Shown here one piece after another: positions 51,806-60,858 of a stretch of 64,000 bases of DNA. Numbering within the stretch: position 1 is the first letter of the stretch; every line of letters starts with the position of its first letter. This DNA is from an uncultured bacterium (GTDB taxonomy: Bacteria; Bacillota; Clostridia; Oscillospirales; CAG-272), in contig CAMEJM010000008.1 of NCBI GenBank assembly GCA_945920215.1, positions 14,134 through 78,133 of the forward strand, read 5' to 3'. The notes beneath the pieces are model-generated. The model did no database searches. It was given only the letters and a program-made list of their open reading frames with translations, and was not told the DNA's origin. The position numbers and the translations under genes were made by a program.

Positions 51806-52055
51806 CTGTAATTGGTTATGACAATTTCATAGAATTTTTGACTTTATCATACATGACATTTGAGTTTGTGTTCCCCGGCGTATTGATTCGGACGCTGTCC
51901 GACTTGACGCGCGCGCGAGTACTTTTTCTGCGCCTTTACGCGCCGACGATATTTTCTGCGGCAAGTCCGCCGCGCCGGAAAACGGCACGCCTCATCTGTG
52001 TATTTGACTTTATTTTGAATTTGGGAGAAGCTGCCCGTCGGGCAGATGTGTAATT

Positions 52056-52949
52056 ATGAAAGGTATCGTTCTTGCCGGAGGCTCCGGCACCAGACTGTAT
52101 CCCTTAACGAAAGTGACCAGCAAACAGCTGCTTCCCATCTGGGATAAACCCATGGTATATTATCCGATTTCCGTGCTGATGAATGCGGGAATCCGTGAAA
52201 TTCTTCTGATTTCCACCCCGCAGGACACCCCGCGTTTCCAAGATTTGCTGGGGGACGGGCATCAGTTCGGCATCGATCTGAAATATTGCGTACAACCCTC
52301 TCCGGACGGGCTTGCGCAGGCCTTTCTTTTGGGGGAGGAATTCATCGGCGACGATGCCGCCGCAATGGTTCTCGGCGACAACATTTTCGTCGGCCGCGGA
52401 CTGGAAGGGAAACTGAGAAACGCCGTGAAGCGCGCCGAGGCCGGCGAGGGAGCGACGGTGTTCGGATATCAGGTTCCCGACCCCGAACGCTTCGGAATTA
52501 TGGGCTTTAACCGGGACGGCAAGGTGACGAGCCTTGCGGAGAAGCCGAAACGCCCCAAGAGCAACTGGTGCGTGACGGGACTCTATTTTTATGATCACAA
52601 GGTCGTGGATTATGTCAAGACCATCCACCCCTCCGCCCGCGGCGAGCTGGAGATCACCGACCTCAACCGCATTTATCTGACGCACAATAACCTGCACTGC
52701 GAGCTGCTTGGCAGGGGCTATCACTGGCTTGACACCGGCACGCATGAGAGTTTGGCGGAGGCCACGGCTTTCATCTGTGGCAGAGAAAAGCGCAGCGGTC
52801 AGAAGATCGCCTGCCTTGAGGAAATCGCGTATCGCAACGGCTGGATCACCCGCGAAAATCTGATCGAAACAGCGGATACCATGAAGAACAGCACTTACGG
52901 CGAATACCTGCTCAAGATAGCAGGGAAGACTACTAAAAAAACCAAATAA
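52056..52949 (+). CDS. rfbA: Glucose-1-phosphate thymidylyltransferase
   Basis: MKGIVLAGGSGTRLYPLT..SKQLLPI.DKPM.YYP and the rest are colinear with RmlA. Confidence 0.95.
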   Translation: MKGIVLAGGSGTRLYPLTKVTSKQLLPIWDKPMVYYPISVLMNAGIREILLISTPQDTPRFQDLLGDGHQFGIDLKYCVQPSPDGLAQAFLLGEEFIGDDAAAMVLGDNIFVGRGLEGKLRNAVKRAEAGEGATVFGYQVPDPERFGIMGFNRDGKVTSLAEKPKRPKSNWCVTGLYFYDHKVVDYVKTIHPSARGELEITDLNRIYLTHNNLHCELLGRGYHWLDTGTHESLAEATAFICGREKRSGQKIACLEEIAYRNGWITRENLIETADTMKNSTYGEYLLKIAGKTTKKTK

Positions 52950-52961
52950 GAGGTGCGCAGT

Positions 52962-53993
52962 ATGACGATTCTTGTCACCGGCGGCGCCGGCTTTATCGGC
53001 GCGAACTTCGTTTACTTTGAACTTGAAAAACATCCCGAGGACAGAATTGTCTGCATTGACAAGCTGACCTATGCGGGGAACCTCTCCACTCTGGAGGAGG
53101 CGCTGAAGAAGCCCAACTTCCGCTTTGAGAAGGTGGACATCTGCGACAGCGAGGCAGTGCAAAAGGTCTTTGCGGAGGAGAAGCCGGACGTGGTGGTCAA
53201 CTTCGCGGCGGAGTCTCATGTGGACCGCTCGATCGAGGACCCGGGCATCTTTCTGAAAACCAACATTCTCGGCACGCAGGTGCTGATGGACGCCAGCCTG
53301 AAGCATGGGGTAAAGCGCTATCATCAGGTATCCACCGACGAGGTGTACGGGGATCTGCCGCTTGACCGCCCCGACCTGTTCTTTACGGAGACGACGCCTC
53401 TCAAGACCAGCTCTCCTTACAGCTCCTCAAAGGCGGGAGCCGACCTGCTGGTCAACGCTTATCACAGGACCTTCGGTCTGCCCACCACCATCAGCCGCTG
53501 CTCCAACAACTACGGTCCGTACCAGTTCCCGGAGAAGCTGATTCCTCTGATGATTGCCAACGCTCTCGCAAACAAGCCTCTGCCGGTGTACGGCGAAGGG
53601 CTGAATGTGCGCGACTGGCTGTATGTGGAGGATCACTGCAAGGCGATCGACCTGATTATCCGCGAGGGCAAGGTCGGCGAGGTCTACAACATCGGCGGAC
53701 ATAACGAGATGAAGAACATCGATATTGTGCGTCTGATCTGCAAGGCGCTCGGCAAGAGCGAGGACCTGATCGTCCACGTCAGCGACCGCAAGGGGCATGA
53801 TATGCGCTACGCCATCGACCCCGCCAAGATCCACAGAGAACTCGGCTGGCTGCCGGAGACGAAGTTTGTCGACGGCATTCAGAAAACCATCCAGTGGTAT
53901 CTCGACAACCGCGCATGGTGGGAGTCCATCATTTCGGGAGAATACCGCAACTACTACGATAAAATGTACGGCGAGCGACTGAGCCGTAAGTGA
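52962..53993 (+). CDS. rfbB: dTDP-glucose 4,6-dehydratase
   Basis: TGGAGFIGANF, the YSSSKAGADL catalytic motif and DVVVNFAAESHVDRS are present. ATG at 52962 lies 6 nt after AGAGGTG; GTG at 52953 is the alternative. Confidence 0.95.
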   Translation: MTILVTGGAGFIGANFVYFELEKHPEDRIVCIDKLTYAGNLSTLEEALKKPNFRFEKVDICDSEAVQKVFAEEKPDVVVNFAAESHVDRSIEDPGIFLKTNILGTQVLMDASLKHGVKRYHQVSTDEVYGDLPLDRPDLFFTETTPLKTSSPYSSSKAGADLLVNAYHRTFGLPTTISRCSNNYGPYQFPEKLIPLMIANALANKPLPVYGEGLNVRDWLYVEDHCKAIDLIIREGKVGEVYNIGGHNEMKNIDIVRLICKALGKSEDLIVHVSDRKGHDMRYAIDPAKIHRELGWLPETKFVDGIQKTIQWYLDNRAWWESIISGEYRNYYDKMYGERLSRK

Positions 53994-54003
53994 GAGACAG
54001 CAT

Positions 54004-54873
54004 ATGAAAATACTTGTCACCGGCGTGAAAGGACAGCTCGGATACGATGTGGTTGCGGAGCTTGGAAAGCGCGGACATACTCCCGTCGGGGTAGATATTG
54101 ACGACATGGACATTACCGACGCCGCAAGCGTGGCGCGCGTGATGAACGAGGTAAAGCCAGACGCGGTCATTCACTGCGCGGCATGGACGGCGGTGGACGC
54201 GGCGGAGGACGCCGCAAACACGGAAAAGGTGCGCCGCGTCAACGCGGAGGGCACCCGCAATATCGCCGAAGCGTGCGCGGCGCTGGGCAGCAAGATGATG
54301 TATATCTCCACCGATTACGTGTTTGACGGCGGTGGGACGCGCCCGTGGGAGCCGGACGATGAACGGCACCCGCTGAACGTATACGGTCAGACCAAATATG
54401 AAGGGGAACTTGCCGTTGAGGCACTGCCGCGTCATTTCATCGTGCGCATTGCATGGGTGTTCGGTATCAACGGCGGCAACTTTATCAAAACTATGCTCAA
54501 CAAGGGCAAAACGGTCAAGACGCTGCGCGTGGTGGACGATCAGGTCGGCAGCCCGACCTATACCTATGACCTTTCCCGCTTGCTCGTCGATATGATTGAA
54601 ACCGAAAAATACGGTGTGTACCACGCCACCAACGAGGGCTTTTGCTCATGGTATGAGTTTGCCTGTGAAATTTTCCGCCAGGCGGCGCTGCGCGACCCGG
54701 CCGATTATGCGGACGTCAAGGTGCTTCCCGTCAGCAGCGCGGAATACCCCGCCAAGGCAAAACGCCCGACCAACAGCCGCATGAGCAAGGAAAAGCTGAC
54801 GCAGAACGGATTTGAAAGACTGCCCGCGTGGCAGGACGCCCTCGGGCGGTATCTGACGGAGTTGGGAGTGTAA
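54004..54873 (+). CDS. rfbD: dTDP-4-dehydrorhamnose reductase
   Basis: MKILVTGVKGQLG, YGQTKYEGE and VVDDQVGSPTY are present. Confidence 0.93.
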   Translation: MKILVTGVKGQLGYDVVAELGKRGHTPVGVDIDDMDITDAASVARVMNEVKPDAVIHCAAWTAVDAAEDAANTEKVRRVNAEGTRNIAEACAALGSKMMYISTDYVFDGGGTRPWEPDDERHPLNVYGQTKYEGELAVEALPRHFIVRIAWVFGINGGNFIKTMLNKGKTVKTLRVVDDQVGSPTYTYDLSRLLVDMIETEKYGVYHATNEGFCSWYEFACEIFRQAALRDPADYADVKVLPVSSAEYPAKAKRPTNSRMSKEKLTQNGFERLPAWQDALGRYLTELGV

Positions 54874-54876
54874 AAA

Positions 54877-55482
54877 ATGGGACAGATCAAAGTGACCAAA
54901 GCCCCGATTGAGGGGTTGTATATCATCGAGCCGACCGTCCACGGAGACAACCGCGGCTATTTTACCGAGACCTATAATCAGCGCGATATGCACGAGGCGG
55001 GGCTCGACATGAATTTCGTGCAGGATAACCAGTCGATGAGCGTCAAGGGGGTTCTGCGCGGTTTGCATTTTCAGAAGCAGTATCCGCAGGGCAAGCTGGT
55101 GCGTGTGATTCGCGGCAGCGTGTTTGACGTGGCGGTGGATCTGCGCGCAAGCTCGGAAACCTACGGCAAGTGGTTCGGCGTGGAGCTGACCGCGGAGAAC
55201 AAAAAGCAGTTCTATATCTCCGAGGGGTTTGCCCACGGCTTTCTGGTACTCTCGGACGAGGCGGAATTCTGCTATAAGGTCACGGATTTTTACCATCCCG
55301 GAGACGAGGGTGGACTTGCGTGGAACGACCCTGCCATCGGCATCCAATGGCCCGGTTTGAAAGGCGCCTATCCCGGCAGCGCGGATCCTGCGGGCTATAC
55401 GCTTTCCGACGGAACTCATCTGAATCTGAGCGAAAAGGATTGCAAGTGGCTGACCCTCGGTCAGACCTTCACTTTCAAATAA
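54877..55482 (+). CDS. rfbC: dTDP-4-dehydrorhamnose 3,5-epimerase
   Basis: HGDNRGYFTETY, VLRGLHFQ and FYISEGFAHGF are present. Confidence 0.94.
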   Translation: MGQIKVTKAPIEGLYIIEPTVHGDNRGYFTETYNQRDMHEAGLDMNFVQDNQSMSVKGVLRGLHFQKQYPQGKLVRVIRGSVFDVAVDLRASSETYGKWFGVELTAENKKQFYISEGFAHGFLVLSDEAEFCYKVTDFYHPGDEGGLAWNDPAIGIQWPGLKGAYPGSADPAGYTLSDGTHLNLSEKDCKWLTLGQTFTFK

Positions 55483-55483
55483 A

Positions 55484-56365
55484 ATGACTAAAGTCGATAT
55501 TGTTTGTCCTCTGTTTCGCGCAGATGGGCATATAGACGGTTTTCTTGACAGATTGAAAGCGCAGCGCGGGGTGGAAATCGGATGCGGCGTATTCCCGCTG
55601 ACCGACGACGGCTCCGACCTGACCTATGTGAAAAAAAAGCTGGAGGAATCCGGCTTTTCCTACTTCACGGTCACCCCACAGGAATTTTCCCACAGCCTGA
55701 CGCGGGAACGCGCCATCCGGGAATACTGTTCCTCCGACGTGGTGATGATGCTCTCGCAGGATGTGATTCTCGAGGGGGAGGGGGCGCTCGCCGCCCTTGC
55801 CGCGGCGATCAATGACAAGGTTGTTTACGCCTACGGTCGGCAGATCGTCAAAAAGAAGACCATCGAATACTATGTAAGAAAAAAGAATTACGGAGAAACC
55901 TCATTCACGGTCGGGTTGGAAAACATCGAGGAACTGGGGCTGAAAGCATTTTTCGCCTCCGACGCTTTTGCCGCCTACAACCGCCCCGTGTTTCTTGCGC
56001 TCGGCGGTTACGACGGGATTCCCATGATGATGAACGAGGATATGTACTACGCCAAGAAGATCCTTGACGCCGGATACCGCAAAGCCTATGTCGCAGAGGC
56101 GGTGGCGGAGCACTATCACCGCTTTACTCTCAGGCAGGTTTACGACCGCTATTTTGCGACCGGGGTATGGTTCCGGGAGCACCCGGAATTTTCCTCCTAT
56201 AAAACCACGGATACCGGCATCAAGCTTGCCCTGTCGGTATTCGGACAGGCGCTGAAGCATTTCAATATTCCCGTTCTGTTCCGATTCCTGCCCGATATGA
56301 CGGCGCGGTACATGGGAATGCGAAAAGGGACAAAGGCAACCGTACGCAAAGCGCGTGACGACTGA
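55484..56365 (+). CDS. Glycosyltransferase family 2-like protein
   Basis: The N-terminus is DIVCPLF... with an acidic D-D-G-S region, and the size and layout fit GT-A. The motif match is weaker than for the neighbouring genes. Confidence 0.7.
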   Translation: MTKVDIVCPLFRADGHIDGFLDRLKAQRGVEIGCGVFPLTDDGSDLTYVKKKLEESGFSYFTVTPQEFSHSLTRERAIREYCSSDVVMMLSQDVILEGEGALAALAAAINDKVVYAYGRQIVKKKTIEYYVRKKNYGETSFTVGLENIEELGLKAFFASDAFAAYNRPVFLALGGYDGIPMMMNEDMYYAKKILDAGYRKAYVAEAVAEHYHRFTLRQVYDRYFATGVWFREHPEFSSYKTTDTGIKLALSVFGQALKHFNIPVLFRFLPDMTARYMGMRKGTKATVRKARDD

Positions 56366-56390
56366 AATGATGTGCAAAGGAGACTGAAAT

Positions 56391-58922
56391 ATGCAATTGA
56401 CCGCTTCCGGCGTTTTGCTGCTGTGTGCTTATTTCGCTGTGTTGGTTTGGTATATATATACTTCCGTACGGCAGCGTCGGCTCGCATCTCCCGCGCATCT
56501 TTTGCAATCTGTATTTTGCCTGACGATTGTGGCAACCGTTTTTTTGGATTTGGGATATGTCGCCCGCATCGGATCGTTTTATGTCGAATACAATTACGTT
56601 ACGACATTCGTTGCATTCATAACGGCAATATACTATTTGATTTTGACCAAGCCTGATTTCAAAAAGAGAATCTCTTGGGTTTATCTTTTGACATTGCTTG
56701 CCGTAATTTGCCTGACGTTGGCGGTGCGTTATGCGACGCATACCGTTTACACAAGTTGTGACTTCGATACCGTTTGGGACACACTGTTTCAAAACGGCGC
56801 ACTGCAGACTGTGGGCGTAGGAAAAAAATCTATTGTAATTTTACTCCGGCTGTTTATGTTCGGCGTCATTGTATATGCGTTTTCCATGGTTTGCAACAAA
56901 GAGACAATCCGCAATATCGTCGAGTGGATTTACCGGGTTGCCGCCGTATATATTGTTTACCTTTTGGTTGAAGTATTTGTCATCAATGTGCTGGATACGA
57001 ATATCCTCAACGAGACGGTGCGCGCTGTGGTCGGCGACGATCCGTTCAGTTTTCTTGAACCGCGTGACGCTCTGTTTTTGAAGGCGCCGATGGGCCTTGT
57101 CAGGGAACCTTCAAACCTGGCACTGATGATTTTCTACGTACTGGTAGCGCTGCTATATCGATACAAAGAGACGAAAAAAGGGCTGTGGCTCATACTTTTG
57201 TATGCTTTCACAGCAATGATTTGCGGGGCGTTCAGTGCATATATATATTTGTTCGCCGCTCTGTATCTGATCGGATTTGCTATATGGCAACATTATAAAA
57301 AGCGGAACGCGGTGTCTGGCAGGGTTGCATTTGCGTCGATTGCGCTTGCGGCGGTGGCATTAGCGGCAGTCACGATTTTACTGAACCGTGAAAGAATCAC
57401 GGTGCTTGTGAGCAATCTCACCAAGTTTTCGGACGGATTTGATGTTGTGCGTCACTATCAGTACAGCGGCATTATTCGGTTTTATTCCATCTATAACAAT
57501 TTGACTTGGTTTATTCGCTATCCGTTGTTTGGGACAGGGCTTGCCACTGTTTATTCGTTTTCTCCGTTGGTGACGCTATTCACAAATTTGGGATTGATTG
57601 GCGGAGCACTGTTCTTCGTTTATTATTTTGTATCTTTGCGGGATACTCTTGGGCAGAAAAAAGCAAAAGTATGGCCGTTGATTCCTTTTCTGCTGATTGC
57701 TTTTTCCGTTACGGGGCATATGAGTTACCTGCTGTATTTTGAAAAAACATTCTTTATACTACTGCTTGCGTACCTGTTCCTTTGCGGCGATGGGGAGGAG
57801 AGGGTAAGAGAAACTGTCGGCGGCGCTCCGTCAGATGCATCCGGCGGCCGTCTGCCGGTTGACGGCGTTATGTCGGGCACGCCCGTACGGAAAGTTTATG
57901 TGCTGTGTCCTGCCAATCTTGTCACCGGCGGTCCTGAAGCACTGCATCAGATGGTATACTATCTGAGAAGAGACGGGATCGATGCAAATATCGTATATGT
58001 CGATATAAAAAATCGGCATTACCGTATCCCGGACGCATATGCGGTGTATACAGAATCGTATTTGCTCCCCTGCGATATTGAAGACAGCGATGAGAACGCT
58101 CTTGTCGTGCCGGAAACGCTGCATTTTATTACTGCGCAATACAAGCATCTCCGGAAATACATTTGGTGGCTAAGCGTCGATAATGATGTCGGAAGATCGT
58201 CCATCACAGACAAGGTACGCTGCCTGTGGGCAAAGCTGAAACCGCGCGCCTTGTGGAAACAGCTGAAGAAGCCCAATAAAATCAGCAGATTTAAGCTTTT
58301 CCTGAAACACAAAAAATACGATTTTGAAAATGAGTGTGCGGACGTCACGCATCTATGCGCGTCTTACTATGCGTTCGATTACGTGGGTTCCCGAACGCAC
58401 AACCCGTGCGTCTTGTGCATTGAACCGATCAGCTTGTATTTCATCAAACGCTTTGACGAGGAACTTCCGAAACATCGTCGGAGCATCATTCTGTATAATC
58501 CGGCAAAAAACCGAGCGTTTTCACGCAAGATCATTGCGTATTGTCATGACCTGACGTTTGTTCCTCTTGCCGGTTATCATCAGCAGGAATTGTGTGAGCT
58601 GTATCGGGACAGTGCCGTTTATATGGATTTCGGCACGTTCCCCGGAGCCGAAAGAATGCCGAAAGAAGCGGTCGTCAACGGCTGTTGCGTTCTGACCGGG
58701 CGTTTGGGGGCGTCCGCCTATCATGGCGATGTGCCGCTGCCGGAAGAGTACAAGATTGACGCGCAAGAGGAGAATTTGCCTCAGATCAAAGCAAAGCTGG
58801 AGGATATGCTTCGCCGTTGCGAGGAGATATCTCCCGATTTTGAAGAATACCGTACGACCGTAAAGGCGTTGGAGGGACGGTTTGAGGACCAGCTGAGAAG
58901 CATATTTACGGGTAAGGAGTAA
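56391..58922 (+). CDS. Wzy-like O-antigen/polysaccharide polymerase (about 12 TM) fused to a cytoplasmic GT-B (GT4-like) domain
   Basis: Residues 1-460 are polytopic and carry a Wzy_C-like motif (RFYSIYNNLTWFIRYPLFGTGLA). Residues ~480-843 are soluble, with VLCPANLVTGGPEALHQ near the start and FGTFPGAERMPKEAVVNGCCVLTG (EX7E-like) near the end. Confidence 0.8.
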   Translation: MQLTASGVLLLCAYFAVLVWYIYTSVRQRRLASPAHLLQSVFCLTIVATVFLDLGYVARIGSFYVEYNYVTTFVAFITAIYYLILTKPDFKKRISWVYLLTLLAVICLTLAVRYATHTVYTSCDFDTVWDTLFQNGALQTVGVGKKSIVILLRLFMFGVIVYAFSMVCNKETIRNIVEWIYRVAAVYIVYLLVEVFVINVLDTNILNETVRAVVGDDPFSFLEPRDALFLKAPMGLVREPSNLALMIFYVLVALLYRYKETKKGLWLILLYAFTAMICGAFSAYIYLFAALYLIGFAIWQHYKKRNAVSGRVAFASIALAAVALAAVTILLNRERITVLVSNLTKFSDGFDVVRHYQYSGIIRFYSIYNNLTWFIRYPLFGTGLATVYSFSPLVTLFTNLGLIGGALFFVYYFVSLRDTLGQKKAKVWPLIPFLLIAFSVTGHMSYLLYFEKTFFILLLAYLFLCGDGEERVRETVGGAPSDASGGRLPVDGVMSGTPVRKVYVLCPANLVTGGPEALHQMVYYLRRDGIDANIVYVDIKNRHYRIPDAYAVYTESYLLPCDIEDSDENALVVPETLHFITAQYKHLRKYIWWLSVDNDVGRSSITDKVRCLWAKLKPRALWKQLKKPNKISRFKLFLKHKKYDFENECADVTHLCASYYAFDYVGSRTHNPCVLCIEPISLYFIKRFDEELPKHRRSIILYNPAKNRAFSRKIIAYCHDLTFVPLAGYHQQELCELYRDSAVYMDFGTFPGAERMPKEAVVNGCCVLTGRLGASAYHGDVPLPEEYKIDAQEENLPQIKAKLEDMLRRCEEISPDFEEYRTTVKALEGRFEDQLRSIFTGKE

Positions 58923-58931
58923 AAATGCATT

Positions 58932-60185
58932 ATGAATGCAATTTGTACCATTGTGTCAAATAACTATTTTTCTCAGGCACAGACGCTTGCACAATCTGTC
59001 AGGCGCGTGTACGGGGATCAAATGGATTTTTATATTACCGTAGTGGACCGGAAAAGCGATTCGGTTCACTACGATGAAAGCGGCGCGACAATCCTGTTTG
59101 CCGATCAGATAGGCATTCCGGATTTTCACCATTATGCTTTGAAGTACAATGTGATAGAGTTCAATACCTTTGTCAAGCCGTTTCTGTTTGAATATTTGTT
59201 TGAGCGGTATGAGAAGGTGATCTATCTCGACCCGGATATTGAAGTTTTCGAGAGACTGGACGGGGTATTCGACGCGCTCGATCGGTCTGCCGCCGTTCTT
59301 ACCCCGCATAAATTCACAAAATCGGACGGCATTGACGAAAATGAACGCAATATTGTGAAAGCGGGATTTTTCAACCTCGGCTTCTGCGCGATAGCCGCAA
59401 CCGAGATGGGACGCCGGATTGTGGATAGCTGGCAAAAGGATCTGATGGTGAACTGTTACAGTGACATCGGCAACCATCAGTTTACCGACCAAAAAAGCAT
59501 GGCAAATCTGTTCTACTATTTTTATCCGTATATTCATGTTTCTCAGGATCCGGGTTTGAATTTTGCGCCATGGAACTTCTGTGAAAGACGGTTGGTAAAA
59601 AACGAAAACGGCGGATATCGGATCGTAATGCGCGACGGAAGCGGAGAAGCGACTCTGAAATTTTTCCATTACTCCGGTTTTTATGTCAACGGCGGCGACG
59701 TGTATTTTACCACCAAACACCTTGACATGAATCTTTCCGAAGAGTCCGATTTGCTTGAATTGCTCAATATATACCGTGCGCGTATGAAAGACAACCATTA
59801 CGACGCGTATCACAGCATTCCTTATGCGTACAACTACTTTGACAACGGCAGATATATTTCCCGTTTTGAGAGAAAGGTGTATGAATATCTGATAGATACC
59901 GGAGTATTGGAAAAAGGCGAACGACAGACCGGGGAAGACGCGCGGTTCTATCAGATTCTGAAGCGCAACCATCTGCTGACCAAAGACAAGATCGCTTCCG
60001 TGGATCTGATGAGTATCAACGCTTTGAACAAAGGCGGATTTTCCCGAAAGCAGAAGTGGATGCGCCGTTTGATGAAGATGTCTAAGTCTTTGCTCGGAAT
60101 TACGAATTACGTCATGCTGATGAAATATATGACGCATGAAGCCCGCATGGATAATCAGATGTTTTTAGTGAAGAAAATCAAATGA
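58932..60185 (+). CDS. Putative GT-A glycosyltransferase (GT8-like)
   Basis: The N-terminus ICTIVSNNYFSQAQTLAQS resembles GT8 and YLDPDIEVF is a DxD-type motif. The assignment is tentative. Confidence 0.7.
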   Translation: MNAICTIVSNNYFSQAQTLAQSVRRVYGDQMDFYITVVDRKSDSVHYDESGATILFADQIGIPDFHHYALKYNVIEFNTFVKPFLFEYLFERYEKVIYLDPDIEVFERLDGVFDALDRSAAVLTPHKFTKSDGIDENERNIVKAGFFNLGFCAIAATEMGRRIVDSWQKDLMVNCYSDIGNHQFTDQKSMANLFYYFYPYIHVSQDPGLNFAPWNFCERRLVKNENGGYRIVMRDGSGEATLKFFHYSGFYVNGGDVYFTTKHLDMNLSEESDLLELLNIYRARMKDNHYDAYHSIPYAYNYFDNGRYISRFERKVYEYLIDTGVLEKGERQTGEDARFYQILKRNHLLTKDKIASVDLMSINALNKGGFSRKQKWMRRLMKMSKSLLGITNYVMLMKYMTHEARMDNQMFLVKKIK

Positions 60186-60850
60186 AAAAAATACTGAAAG
60201 TGTGTCTGCGGCTGCTGTTACTGCCGCTGATGATACTGTTCAATCCGCTGACAATCGGCTTGTTCAGACGCGCAAAGGAGTTCTTTTACAGCGGGATGGT
60301 CAGTCTGTATCTGGGACGAGGGATCGGCGCGCTGTATTGCAAGGATTTTCCGCGTTTTCACGGCAAACGGTATCTTCATGTGAAGGGGTATTGCGCTTTT
60401 GGCATGAGAAACAAAATCGAGTGCTACGCAAAATACGAGAACGAGAGGTATCAGCCGGAACTGACGATCGGCGACGGCGTTACTTTCGGAGATGACTGTC
60501 ATGTCGGGTGTATTAACAGGATTGAGATAGGAGCGCATACGCTTATCGGAAGCCATGTCATGATCATGGATCACGCGCATGGCAGCACGGAACTCAACGC
60601 CATGCCGCCTCTGCAACAGCCTTTGACCTCCAAGGGGCCGGTGATTATCGGAGAAAATTGCTGGATAGGAGAGAAGGCAATGATTCTTCCCGGGGTGAAA
60701 ATAGGCTCGGATTGTATTATCGGCGCAGGCGCGGTTGTCACAAAATCGTTTGAAGGGGACGGCCTGGTTCTTGCGGGCAATCCGGCGCGTATCGTGAAGC
60801 GCCGCGAAGTATCGGCAGATGTTTTAAAAGACACTGTGGATATGATATGA
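60182..60850 (+). CDS. Hexapeptide-repeat O-acetyltransferase (WbbJ/maltose acetyltransferase-like)
   Basis: IGDGVTFGDDCHVG..IEIGAHTLIGSHVMIMDHAHG...VIIGENCWIGEKAMILPGVKIGSDCIIGAGAVV. ATGA overlap with the upstream gene. Confidence 0.88.
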   Translation: MKKILKVCLRLLLLPLMILFNPLTIGLFRRAKEFFYSGMVSLYLGRGIGALYCKDFPRFHGKRYLHVKGYCAFGMRNKIECYAKYENERYQPELTIGDGVTFGDDCHVGCINRIEIGAHTLIGSHVMIMDHAHGSTELNAMPPLQQPLTSKGPVIIGENCWIGEKAMILPGVKIGSDCIIGAGAVVTKSFEGDGLVLAGNPARIVKRREVSADVLKDTVDMI

Positions 60851-60858
60851 GGTAACAG

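Noticed and set aside
51838-52053. 71-aa ORF in the polysaccharide-locus leader, and the 67-aa ORF at 51521-51724
   Set aside because: Neither has a Shine-Dalgarno, and their composition is atypical. They overlap repeat and hairpin elements of the leader, so they are more likely non-coding.
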